Below, in pieces: positions 40,819-53,400 of a stretch of DNA of 64,000 nt (its first letter is position 1; each line of letters begins with the position of its first letter). Source of the stretch: Vicugna vicugna (lineage: Eukaryota); the NCBI GenBank assembly GCA_013265495.1, contig MU058824.1, forward strand, positions 310,001-374,000, written 5' to 3'. The notes under the pieces are model-generated. The model did no database searches, had not been told where the DNA came from, and saw nothing but the letters and a program-made list of their open reading frames with translations. The translations under genes and the position numbers were made by a program.

Positions 40819-41196
40819 TTTATTTATTCTTTATCTGTAATTTTTTTATTGTGGTAAAACACATATAACATCAGTCTTGCCATTTTAACCATTTTAAGTG
40901 TACGGTTCCATGGTATTAATTAGATTCACAACGTTGTGCAACCATTCCTACTATCTATTTCTAAAACTTTTCATCCCCGCCAAAACAGAAACTCTGTGCC
41001 CATTAAGCAATAATTCACCTCCCTCTCTGCAGAGCCCCTGGTAACCTCTGGTTTACTTACTGCCACTATGATTTGCTTATTCTAGATATTTTATGTAAGT
41101 GGACCCCTACAATAATTGCTCATTTGTAACTGGCTTATTTTATCCTAACATAATGTATTCATGTTTCAGAATTTCATTCCTTCTAACAGCTAAATA
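40790..41196 (-). mobile_element. 5'-truncated L1 3' end (L1MA/L1MB-like) with (TTTA)n tail
   Basis: ttattgtggtaaaacacatataaca...ccattttaaccattttaagtgtac resembles the L1 3' UTR at 21070. Flanked by aaggcattgttttta at 40775 and 41198. Confidence 0.85.
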
Positions 41197-43564
41197 TAAG
41201 GCATTGTTTTTACACGTGATGAGTAAGACAACTTTCTGGGCCTCAGTTTCTTCAACTGTGAAATAAAGGAATTAAATTAAGTTATAAACTAGTTTTTACC
41301 AAAGTGTTCTACATATCACCAGTTCTTTAAGATGCTATTAGTTTATGCTTTTTTAAAAAAGTATTGAGATCAAATGATTATTAAAAAATCCTGGATAAAA
41401 AAAATACACAGGTTTATTTACTGGGTGACTTTTCAGAGCCTTTAAGATGCTAATATGCACTGTGAATTTCCAAGAAGGAGTACGCAGTATTTCCCAAACT
41501 TACATGACCAGGTGACCCATTTTTCACACATTTCATGAGAATTCTGTCCCAAGTAAGAAGCTTTGGGAAACATCATACATAATGATTTTCAAGGTCTTTT
41601 TAAGCTTTTCTATTTTTTACTTTTTTAAAATAAGATACACAGAGCAGCTTAATAACTACCCTTAGTTTTCTTGGATATATTATGCTTTGAAAAAAAACTC
41701 TCACAAAGTCAAGGAAAGAGTTACCTGAGATTATCATTATCAACAACAAAAATCAAGCTACTGGGTAATGGATAATATAAAACATTGAGAATAAATGCCA
41801 GAAAACGTGGCAAGAAACAAAATTTCAAAAAAATCACCAAAAAACCCCAAAATGCTTGGGGCAGAGATTCTTTCCAATGAAACCTCCTTTCAATCTGCTT
41901 TATCAGAAGTAACCAATATGTTCTTCACAATGGCTCACCAAAGATGCTAAGCATCAAGTATATACTGCACTTTGTTTTAAACCTTAGAAGATAAATTTGT
42001 CTGTAAGTACGGTGAAGTAGCTATCTTACTATCCCAATATGCCTTGCCTTCACCCTCTTCAAGCCCATCACATTACTTTCATGTTCAAACTCCCAATCAC
42101 ATCCTTAACCCTCCTCTGCCAACGGATAAAAGATATTGCTCTGGTTAGAAGAGGTGGCAGTAAACAGGGCTGTAAAGCTCAGAGCTTCCAAGTGCAGTCA
42201 TGCACATCTGAAGAGGATTTCTGGTAGCCCATAATAAATCTAGTTAGTCCCAGAAGACTAAATTTATGAATGACTCTTCTCAAAAACAGAGCCAAGTTCA
42301 AGAATGACTCTGGTGACTTGATAGTGAAATAGTCAATGGAAAGGGCAAACTTTGGACATGCAGCAAGTTCTTTAATTCTGAAGGCCACCAAAATAAGTAA
42401 GCAATGTCTATGCATGCCACTGTATGAAACTGAAAGGTTTAAGCTGTAGACAAGTAATACAGGGAAAGAAAGGATGGGGAAAAAAGAGAAAGAAAGAAAG
42501 GAGGTAGAATAGGAAAGCGGAAAGAAAAGAATTAGGATTAGATAGAAAAGAAAGAAATTTGTACGACAGGAAATTAATTCATCTCTCATTCTCTTCTGTA
42601 ATCAACTCTCTCAATGTTTCTCAAAAAAAATGCTATGGTCATTTCTGCTGTTCAGTCTTTGCTCATTGTATTCTCTGACTGAAACTCTATCACTCATTCC
42701 CATTCCTTGTCTAAGTTTGATCATTTCATTAAGGCTCACTTTAAATTTCAATTCCTCCATGTATTAGGATGTTCAGTACAGGAAATAGCTATATGAGGTA
42801 TTTTAGGCAGGAAGGATTTTTAATACAAGGATTTATGTGTCTATAAAATAATCAAAAGGACTCTGACTAGGCTTTAAGGAATGAGTCCCCAAACAATGCA
42901 AAGCTACCATTGTGACTTCAGTATTAAGTTCAACGCACATCTGTAGCTGCATCAGGGAACTCAGGGGGGAAAAAGCTGCTGTAATAACTGCCTCTCAATA
43001 CCTAGGAGGAAGAACACTAGAAACTAGAATGTTCCATAAAAGATTCCCCTGAAGATTGCTCCCACCTGAGAAGCACTTAACCGCCTGACTTTCTTATAAA
43101 GGAACCCTCAGCATACTGACACTGCCTTGTAAGAAAAATACCCTCTTCAAGTATAAGCTGATTCTCCTTATCTTGGGCCTAAGGCCCTTGTAGCTAGTAT
43201 CACAGTGTATATGTCTAGTATCTTCCTCCTCCAATCAAACCTAACTCAATTCCATTGGATAATTGTTCAAAGTATTAATAAATTGCTAATTATTAATGCT
43301 TTTGCAGACCACATCTTTTCAATTTAGTGTAAAAGAGTTTAAGTCCAAGACTTCCAAGGTAATTCTAGTATTCAGCCTTATATCTTGTGGGATGAAAAAT
43401 TTTAAATCTGTTATAGAAATTTAAGCCTATAATCAGCATGTGGTTGAGATTTCTTTTTTCCTTTGCAGACAGAAAGAAGGATGAAAGGACTTGGGGGAAC
43501 AGATAGACACAATTCTGTTATCTCTGAAATTACTCTCAAAGCTTCACCTAAGGTAAATTTGGAC

Positions 43565-44006
43565 TTGATTGGAAGAGACTCTCCACAGTGTTTCTACATG
43601 CCTAGTTACTAGGACTATCTTTTCAAATATATCTGAATAGTAAGTGACCTTAGAAACTAGAGACAGTATCTCCCTGCAGGTTAGAGGATGAATCTGTCTG
43701 CTGACCAGGATAATAAATATAATGTCTTACCTGGGGGCAAAGGTTGGACAGGTTTGCTCACATTCCTGATGTAAGATTTCTAAGTTCAGGTTTCCTCAGG
43801 TGTGACATAGTCCCACCACCTGTGCAGCAGCTACCTGGACCTGCTTCTGCACCACCCCACAGGACTCAGGGGCAAGGAGAATCAAGGCTGCCTGCTGTAC
43901 CATGAATAATAAACTTTTTAAATAATTTTGGTCTTATAGTCTCTTTATCAACTGAATCTATGTGGCAAACCAACCTAACAGCTGCAACAGTTTGACTATT
44001 TGACAG
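43565..44006 (+). mobile_element. MER21-like LTR
   Basis: gggggcaaaggttggacaggtttgct...caccaccccacaggactcaggggcaaggag...aataataaac, ending ...ttgaca; related to the LTR at 30176. Confidence 0.65.
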
Positions 44007-47000
44007 TATTGTCCTTTGAGTGTGTGCTCAAAAGACAATATTTGACAAACGAGTAAGTGAGTGAGTAAAATCTGGCTGCAGCATGGAGAGTGATTTAAAG
44101 AGGAAGAAGACTTGAATCAGGAATACTGATAGGCTACTTCAGTTGTTTAGACATCATATTATTGTGGACTGGATTAGGGTGATGGAATAGCAGAGATGGA
44201 AAAAAGAGTTAAAGAGGGAGAGACCTCAAATATACTTATAGACTCTTCTAAAATACCTGGCTGACCCCTGAATTGCAAATGCACAGAGAGACTCCAAGAA
44301 GTCTGCAGAAACCAACAAACTGAAGGTTGAAAAAGCTGATCTGAGATTTCAGATCTACTACTCAACACAGAGGAGGTAGAATTTGGAGATTGAGTTCCAC
44401 CTAGTTTGAGAGCTTTTCACTGAAATCTCAGAGGAGCCATCTTAAAAGTATAGAATATGGACCAGGACTATGCACCAGGTCTAAGAGATTCAACTTAAGA
44501 CTATGAGGGAAAAAAAAAACAAAAAAAAACTGAGTAAGTTCAGTGTGACTAGCCAGTTTTAACTACCAAAAAACAAAAAATCAACATTCTTTAGAGGAAG
44601 ACAATAGAATGAAGAGTCTTTATAATGCACCATCTAAAATTCAGATATACAATAAAAAATTACTACACATGTAAAGAAACAGAAAAATAGGATTCGGTGC
44701 CAGAAAAAAAAATACAAACAGGCCTCAAGATGACCCAAAGGTTGGAATTAGCACACAAGGATTTTAGAGCAGTTATTATAACATCTTAACAGAAAAGCTG
44801 GTCATAATGAACAAATGAGGACATCTCATCAGAGAAAATGAAACTATAAAAAAAACCAGGTAGATTCCAGAACTGGAAAGTACAACATTTGAAATGTAAA
44901 AAGCACTGCATGGACTTAATACCAGATAGATAATAAAAGAAAGGGCCAATTAATTTCAACATAGATCAATAGAAATTATCTAATTTGAAGAATAAAAGCA
45001 AAAGATTTAAAAATAATCAAAAGTTTTAACGACCTATAGGACAATGTAGAAAAATCTAACATATATGTAATTGTAGTCCTAGGAGGAGAAGAGAGAATGG
45101 GACAGATTTTTGAGGAATAATGACTGAAATTTGGTAAAAAAAAAAAATCAGTTTTTAGATCCAAGAATCACAGTGAACTCCAAATATAATTAATACAATG
45201 AAAAATACCTCTAGGCACATAAGAGACAAACTACTGAAAACCAAAGCTAGAAAGAAAATATTGAAAGAAACCAGAAAATCAACAACAACCATTACACACA
45301 TGGGAATGATAGGAATGATGGTGGATCAGAAACAGTGGAGGCCAGAAGATAATGGAACAACATATTTAATTTATGTTTTGTGAGTAATAGAATATTCCGA
45401 CATAATAAGTAAAGGATGCATATTGTAAATTCTAGAGCAACCTCTTAAAAATAACACATGGATATAGCTAAAAAATCCAAAACAGGAACTAAAGTGAAAC
45501 ATTAAAAAATATTTGATTTTTTAAAATAAGAAAAGACCAAAATGCAACCATACCAAAAATTCACTATGTGTAAATGGACTAACATTCTAACTAAAATGCA
45601 GATATTGTCAGACTAAATTTAAAAAAGCAAGACTCAATTTATTCTGTCTACAAGAAATATATTTTAAATAAAAAGACACACAGACATAGGAAACAAACTT
45701 ATGGTTACCAAAGGAAAAGGAGCGAAAGAGATAAATTAGGATTTTGGGATTAGCAGATACAAATTACTATTATAAAACAGATAAAAAGCAAGGTCCTACT
45801 GTTCAGCACAAGGAACTACATTCAGTATCTTGTAATAACCTATAATGAAAAAGAATATGAAAATAATACATATATATAGCTGAATCACTATGCTGTATGT
45901 ACACTAGCAACTAACACAATATTGTAAATCAGCTAGACTTCAATTAAAAAATAAACTAAAAAATACAAAGACACAGATAGATTGGAAGTAATAAGGTAGA
46001 AAAACATATTCCTGAAACAATAATCAAATGAAAGTTGTAGTGGTTACATTAGTATCTAATAATAATTCATGTTATTAGATAATAAGATATTTCCATAGTT
46101 TCAAAGTACCTCCCTATGAAATGTTTGTTCATTACAAAGACGAAAGAGTGCCTCTACAGTGGAGAAAATAAAACACTACCTTAATCAAGTAAGCAAGTTA
46201 TCATCAGCAGGAATAGGAAAAATCAAAATTGTGTAACACCTGATACGATTCAATGAGAACACATCATTTTCATGGTATCTCTGCCAATATGAATAACATA
46301 AATCTAATTATGAGAATAATACTAACAAACCAAAATTGAAGGACATTACAGAAAATGCCTAGTCTGTAATCTTCAAATATGTCAAAACTATTATATCTGA
46401 GGAAAAATTAGGAATTTTTCCAGATGGAGAGTTAAAAGATTTGATAACTAAATGCAATGTGTGATTCTGAATTTAATCCTTGTGGATATTATTGGGATAA
46501 TGATGGAATCTGAGGGTCAGATGGTAATATTGCATCAATGTCAATTTTGATAGTCATATTGTATAATGTTGAGGAATGTCATTGTTTCTAAAAAATACAC
46601 ACTAAAAAAATTTGGAAGTGGTGAGGCATCAGGTCTGCAACTCACTCTCAAGTGGTTCAGGAAAAAACAGCTGCTTGTACTGTACTTGCGATTTTTCTGA
46701 AAGTCTAACGTGTTCCCACAAAAAACTTATGAAAGTCGATTTGTACAAAAAAGATTTGAAACTACTATCAACCACATTTGCCTAAGATATTTTATAGAAC
46801 ACTAAGCCAAACAATCACAGGATACAACTGCACATGAAATGGTTACAGAATAGAACATATTCTGGCCTAAAAAATGAGTCTCAATAAATTTGGAAAGACT
46901 GAAACCTTATAATACATTCATCACAACAGAGTAAAATTAGATATCAACAGTACCTATAGTATCAAAATACCTATAGAGAAGCCCAAAATATTTATAAATT

Positions 47001-47533
47001 ATATAGTACTTTAAAAAACAATCCATGGATCAAGGAAGTTAGAGAACATTACAAACTTAAAGACAACAAAAATACAACATATCAAAATTTGTGAACTATA
47101 ACTAAAGCAGTGCTGAAATTTCATATCCTTAAATAATTACATTTATACATTTAAATAAATTATATGAACATAATTAAATAATCATATATAATATATAAAA
47201 ATATATAGTAATATTTTATAATTTAACGATAATAATTATTACATGAAATCATTGAATCATCAAATCATTAAGACTGACCTCATTGAATACCACAGAATCA
47301 TTAAGATTCCAGGATAAACAGTTACAAAAAGATGAGAAAAATAAACCCAAAGTAAGTTAAAAGTAAGAAAAAGGGAATTAAAAAAAAAGAATCAATGAAA
47401 TATAAAACTGACAAATAAAGAAAATGAGGAGAGCCAAAGTTGGTTCTTTGGAAAGACTAATAAAATTAATTAATGTCTAGGAAGACTGATCAAGGAAAAA
47501 GAAAAAAGAAATCCACAAATTACTAATATCATG

Positions 47534-48198
47534 TGTATTAATTTTCTACTGCTGCTAAAACAAATTATAATAAACTTAGGGGCTTAACATGACACAAATT
47601 TATTAGAGTACAGTTTTGTAGGTCTGAAGTCTAACAAGGGTTTCATTGGACTAAAGTCAAAGTGAGGGCAGGGCTACATTCCTTCTGGAGGTTCTAGGGG
47701 AGAAACTGTTATCTGCCTCTTCCAGATTCTAGCAATTGTCCATTTTCCTTGGCATGTGGTCCCCTTCAGCTGGCAATCACATTACTCCAACCTCAGTTTC
47801 TTTTTTTTTTAATTAATTAAGTTTTTATTTGGGGGGGTAGGTAATTAGGTTTATTTATTTATTTTTTGCTTATTCATTTTTAATGGAGGCACTACTGGGG
47901 ATTGATCCCAGGACCTTGCACATGCTAAGCATGCACTCTACTACTTGAGCTATAACCTCCCATCTCAACCTCAGTTTCTGTCATTACATATCCTTTGCTG
48001 ATTGTTCTGTCTTCCTCTTTCCCTTATAAGGGACATTTTGATTATACTGGGCCCACCTGAATAACCCAGGATAACCTACTAATGTCAAGAATCTTAACTA
48101 TGTCTGTCAAGTCCCTTCTGCCAAGTAAGATAACACTTCACAAGTTCTAAGGATTAGGAAATGGACGTCTTTGGGGAGTCAATATTCTGCCTACCATA
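47534..48198. mobile_element. MaLR LTR (MLT1B/C-like) inserted in L1 ORF2 remnant
   Basis: Starts tgtattaattttctactgctgct..acaaatta and ends attctgcctaccata. The L1 sequence (tactaatatca | agtaatgaaagagggactatcactacagatc) is continuous across it. Confidence 0.82.
47802..47965 (-). mobile_element. Vic-1-like SINE inside an MLT1 LTR
   Basis: Perfect TSD caacctcagtttct at 47788-47801 and 47966-47979. Confidence 0.92.
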
Positions 48199-50115
48199 CC
48201 AGTAATGAAAGAGGGACTATCACTACAGATCTCATAAACATTAAAAGGATAAAAGGGAAAAACAGAGAACAACTGCATTCCAATAAATCTATCTGACTAT
48301 TTAAATGAAATGGACAAATCATTGAAAAACACAACCTACCAAAATGGACACAAGAAGAAGTATAAAATCTTAAAAGCCTAAATCTGTTAAAGAAATTAGG
48401 TTTGGTATTCAAAAAACCTTCCCACCAAAAATAGGAAGGATAAAACCTTTCTTAAGTGGCTTTATTGGTAAATTCTATGGAAAAATTTAAAGAAGAAATA
48501 ATACCAATCTTACTCAAGTCTTTCAGTAACAGTGGAGTATGAAACTGTTACCAATTTATTTTATGAAGTCTGCACAATCCTGACAAAACCTGACAAAGAC
48601 GTTACAAGAAAACTAAACTATGGTTCAATATTTCTTGAACTAACACTGCTGAAACTGAGCAATATATAAAAAGCATAATACTTCATGACCAAGGAGGACT
48701 TAATCCCAGGAATCCAAGGTTGGGTTCACATTTAAAACTCCATTGATAAGAAGATGGTTCTTTGGAATACTAGACTGCCATCTTCTCAGTCTTCTGGCTT
48801 TCTGAATAAAGTTGCTATTCCTTGCCTCCCCCAAAAAACAAACAAACAAAAAACATTGATTGATGGAATGAGCAGAACTAATTAAATAAAGGAGAATGAT
48901 CATCCCAGCAGATGTAGGAAAGGCATTTGACAATATTCAACACACACTCAGTACACATTCTCAGCAAACTAGATCAAAAGAAATTTCCTCAGTGTAGCAG
49001 TTATCAATTATTTGCCTTGTAACTTCAAATCAAGTCTTCTTCACCTTGTTTTATGACACTGGAGCTAGACCTTGAAATCATTTCTCTTTTGCCAGCTGCC
49101 ACAAAATTTGACTGTATCAGTAGATGGTGCAGCAGGAACACTGTGAATTTCCATCTGGAATCATTTCCTTTCAGACTGAAGAACTCCCCTTAGTATTTCT
49201 TACAATGTAGGTTTGGTTTAGTTTTTGTTTGTCCTTAATTTTATTAAGGAAAGACAATTTTACTATATATAGAATTCTAGGTTCATGGTTCCCTACTCCT
49301 CCCCTCAGCGTTTTAAAGCTACTATTCTATTGTCTTCTTGGGTCTACTGTTTCTGAGAAGCACGCAGTCATTTGCATTTATGTTCACCACGTTGGATTGT
49401 GTCTTTTTCTCTGGCTGCTTTCAAGATTTTCTCTTTATCTTTGGTTTGCAGCAGTTTTACTATGGCATTTCTAGGTAAGATTTTCTGTGTGTTTATCTTT
49501 TTGGGGTCATTAAACCTCTTGAATCTTTACATTTATCTTTTACCAAGTTTGGGCAATTTTTGGCCATCATTTTCTCAATTATTTTTCTGCCCCATTTCCT
49601 CTCCCCTCACCTTCTAATAATCTCATTACAAGTATGTTAGATCTTTCAATACTTTCCCACAAGTCAGTTAGACACTTTTTTTCCCTTTAACACATTCCTC
49701 TCTTTTTTTTAGGTTGCATAATTTAAATAGATCTATTCTCAAGTCCATTGACTCTTTTGTTATCTTCAATCTATCAATAAGCTCTTCCAGTGAAATTTTT
49801 ATTTATATATCATGTTTTTCAGTTTCAGGATTTCCATTTAGTTCATTTTTATGGCTATTTTCTGTGATACGTTCTATTTGTTTTTTCATTATGAACATAT
49901 TTTTCTTTGCATCCTTGAGCAGAGTTAAAATAGCTGCTTAAAAATCCTCACCTGCTAATTACAACATCTGGGTCACCTTGGGTTGTTCTCCAAGATTTCC
50001 TTTTCTGTTGAGTACGGATCACAGTTCCCTATTTGTCCACATGCCTAGAAATTTTAGATAATATTTTGGACATTGTAAATGAGACTCTGGATTCTGTATG
50101 TTACCTTAAAGATTA

Positions 50116-50421
50116 TATGCATTAACTCATTGCACTTCACTTAATTGTGCTTAGTAGATACTGCACTTTTTAAAAATTGAAGGTTTGTGGTAGTCCTGTG
50201 TTGCCAGATGATGGTTAGTATTTTTCAACAGTAAAGTATTTTTTTAATTAAGGTACATACATTTTTAAGATATAATGCTATTGCACACTTGACAGACAAT
50301 AGTATAGTGTAAACATAACTTGTATATATACTGGGAAACCAAAAAATCCATGTGACTTGCTTTATTACACTATTCACACAATATTGATCTGGAACTGAAG
50401 CTGCAAATCTTCAAGATATGC

Positions 50422-50423
<2 letters not shown>
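50116..50423. mobile_element. Internally deleted Tigger1-like DNA transposon
   Basis: aaattgaaggtttgtgg..cagatgatggttag..ataatgctattgcacactt..agtatagtgtaaacataact..actgggaaaccaaaaaa..gatatgcct. Confidence 0.82.
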
Positions 50424-50468
<45 letters not shown>

Positions 50469-50484
50469 ATATATATATATATAT
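50423..50484. repeat. Compound (CT)n(AT)n microsatellite
   Basis: Directly visible at the end of the Tigger element. Confidence 0.95.
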
Positions 50485-53400
50485 GGCAGTCTAGTATATA
50501 TTTTTTAAGTAGTCAGTCACCTTGGCTGAACTCAAACTACACACTATTTCTTCTGCTTAGGCAGACAGCAGCTAAAATCTCTGATGAGTTATTTTAGCCT
50601 TAGCTTGGGTGTCTGAAGTTTTCCCCATGTATGTTTTGGTAAGGGGTTAGCCAGTGTTTTGGCTGTTTATATGTAAAATTTGGAGCTCCCCTTTTGTGGG
50701 TATCTTTATTCTATAACAGCTTTTTTGACTTGGAGCCATTGCCCCAAATGCTGTCCTCTGCTTCCTCACAAGTAAGAGTGTAAACTTCTATTCAATTTTC
50801 CTCCTCCTTGAAGAACTGACTAGGCCCTGCGATAACAGTGGAAACCCACTCAGTCCCATCCTATTTTTCTCTTATTCCAAGAGTTTATTCCTCTCCAATC
50901 GCCTGCTTCTGTTCACGCTTCAGTTCCTCCAGGTAGCTGTTTTTATATTGTGTCCAGAGTTTTTAAATGAAACTTGCAGAGGGTTGATCCAATATGAGCT
51001 ACACCATAGTTAACAGAAAGCATTCTTATTTTTAAAAAGCTCTCTAGATGACTGAGAAACACTATACCAATCCTGATGGTGGAAGAAACATTTAAGTAGT
51101 CTCAACCATCCTTGTTAAGTATCACTTGACCATCTGCTTTATTTTGGATCTTGTGCTGACAATAGCTGTGCTTGATTAGAGACCGACTATAATCCTTACA
51201 CAATTTGACATCCCCTCCTGCTGAACCCCTATAAAAAGCTGGGTAATGCACCTTCTCTCAGAATTTTCCTTGTCTAAGCAGATGAGATTAGTATCAAGAT
51301 TCTGTCTTTTTTCACTGTAAGTCAAAAGCTATATTCTGTTAATAAAATCAGAGTTTCGATAATAAAAGCTTTTATAGAGTAAATGGCATTTTTAACATCT
51401 CTGCAAAACTGTACATAAGAGAACAAATAGATTCAAGGATGAAACTGGATCCAGAATGAATTCTGACAGTACTGGCACAAGAATTCATTGTTTCATTCCT
51501 CCAAACACACAAATATTTATTTAACATCTATTTTCTGCAATGAATTGCAAGGGGATACAATAATAAATTTGATAGGACTGTACTTTATGAGCTTACAGAA
51601 CACTAGAAGTGGATTTATTCATGAGCAATCATAATATAGGATAAAAAGTACAAAGATCCATAAGGGAAGATCTAATTATATTCTCAGAACTGTTAATTGA
51701 TTGTCTTGGTTGGTCTTAATTTTAGCTTCAGAGCGATTCATTTAATCTGCTTGAATACATTTTTTTTTCTTACTCAAAGGGCTTATCATTTTGGGATCCA
51801 AGTCAGGGTTCTTCAGTCTGAATGTCCCTTAACAGAAACAAAGGGTCCTTTCAAATAGAGTCCTTTCAAATCCATGAATTCCTTTAACCTCCATAAGAAA
51901 CTTTTTGAGATAAGTATTATTACAAATGTAAAGAATATGAAACAGAAGTCCAGAGCATTTATGCTTAAAATTTGCCTCAAATCACTTAGAAAGAAGTAGA
52001 ACCTAAGCCATGAAACCAGGTCTTTGACTTTCAAGTCTAGTTCAGTATTTTTACCACTGTTACATACTTTACTTAGCATTATACTTAAATATGTAATATA
52101 CTTTAAAGGTAATATACTTTAGGGAAAAGAAATTCATGGAGAGGGTTATAAGGAAGGTCTAATGTATCAATGACGTCAAGGAGGATGAGGACTTAGGAAA
52201 AGTATAAAGGTATTTGAATTTGGTAATCAGAAAGGCATTGTTGAGTTAGCTGCAAATCCCTTTCCTTCAGCCCAGTATAATCAATTTTCAAGTTTTAAAT
52301 ATAATCCTTCAATAAAATTTCAGATCCTTTTACTCTTCTCCATGTAGGATCCTTCATGGTTTGACCCCATTTTACTTGTCCAATATCATCTCTCCAAATT
52401 TTATACTCATATTCAATGATCCGTATCTATTAAACTATATATTCTTTCTCTCCTTGAGATTATTACAAGAATACTCCTAGGTATTCCTGGAGTGGCCTTC
52501 CCACCTCTTTTCCCTCTCCATTTAGCATAGATGCTATCTGTTTAAGGAAGCCATTCCAGACCACAACACCCCGGGGTGGTTTAGGTACCCCTCCTACTTT
52601 TCCCCATGATATTCCCAGGCTTACTCTTTTTCTAGGATTTAACACAAGAATACTACAGGTTAATTACCATTTATCTTGTCTGTTTTCTCCATTAAAATAT
52701 AAACTCCCTGAAGGCAAGATTATGCCCTGTTCATCTTTTGTATTTCCAAAATTTAGCACATTGGCTTTCACATAAATATTTGTTAAATGAATGAATGATA
52801 AAGATTATGAGGAGGTAACAAAGGAACAAATATTCTAATCCAACCTTAAGAGCAAAGACTTTGCTTATAGGTCACAGACAGTATGTTTTGATCAAACACT
52901 CTAATGTGAATCTAGCTATTCAAACGTTGAATTTCTTTTGCTAGGATATCACGTTTGCCTCTACCATTTTCCAGGAGCAATTTTGCTTAAGAAAATGTGG
53001 TCAGCAACACTGTAAAATGATTATGAATCAATAAAAAATGTAAAAAAAAAAGAAAAGAAAAGAAAATGTGGTCAGAATTATACTTTCACAGATATAACTC
53101 TAGAAGAATTCCATGAAATCTGAGAGATTTCTGTAACCTTGGAGAGTTGTTTTGAAACTTTACATTTTTCTACTTGGATCAAGCAAAGCAAGTACTTTAG
53201 ATCTCCACAATTCTAAATGCTTAGTCAGCAATATTGAGAAGCTTGCTAATCTTCATTATAGACTATAAAGTGAGTAAAATAATAGAATCTTCAAGCTAGC
53301 AATCACATAAGAAGAACTTAATGAAATATTTGTAATGAAAATGAATCTCAGAGTTTGAAGGGCCCAATGAGGTCACTGGGTTCATTCATCCAGTGTCTAG

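Larger units (their letters stand above)
44230..48990 (+). mobile_element. Long decayed L1 (ORF1 and ORF2 remnants) hosting several nested insertions
   Basis: ORF1-like (RHIRDKLLKTK..KILKE, ORF 45198) and ORF2-like tracts (ccaaagttggttctttg; gcatttgacaatattcaacac). Confidence 0.85.
49150..51000 (-). mobile_element. Old L1 5'/ORF1 region, antisense, with nested Tigger1 derivative
   Basis: T-rich tracts typical of antisense L1 (ttctctggctgctttcaagattttctctttatctttggtt). Confidence 0.7.

Noticed and set aside
46053..46081. Inverted repeat atctaataa...ttattagat
   Set aside because: Short, AT-only and at a repeat junction, with no functional context.
47130..47300. Very AT-rich stretch with short repeats (aatcattaaga twice)
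   Set aside because: Low-complexity slippage expansion inside a decayed L1; no regular repeat-spacer periodicity.
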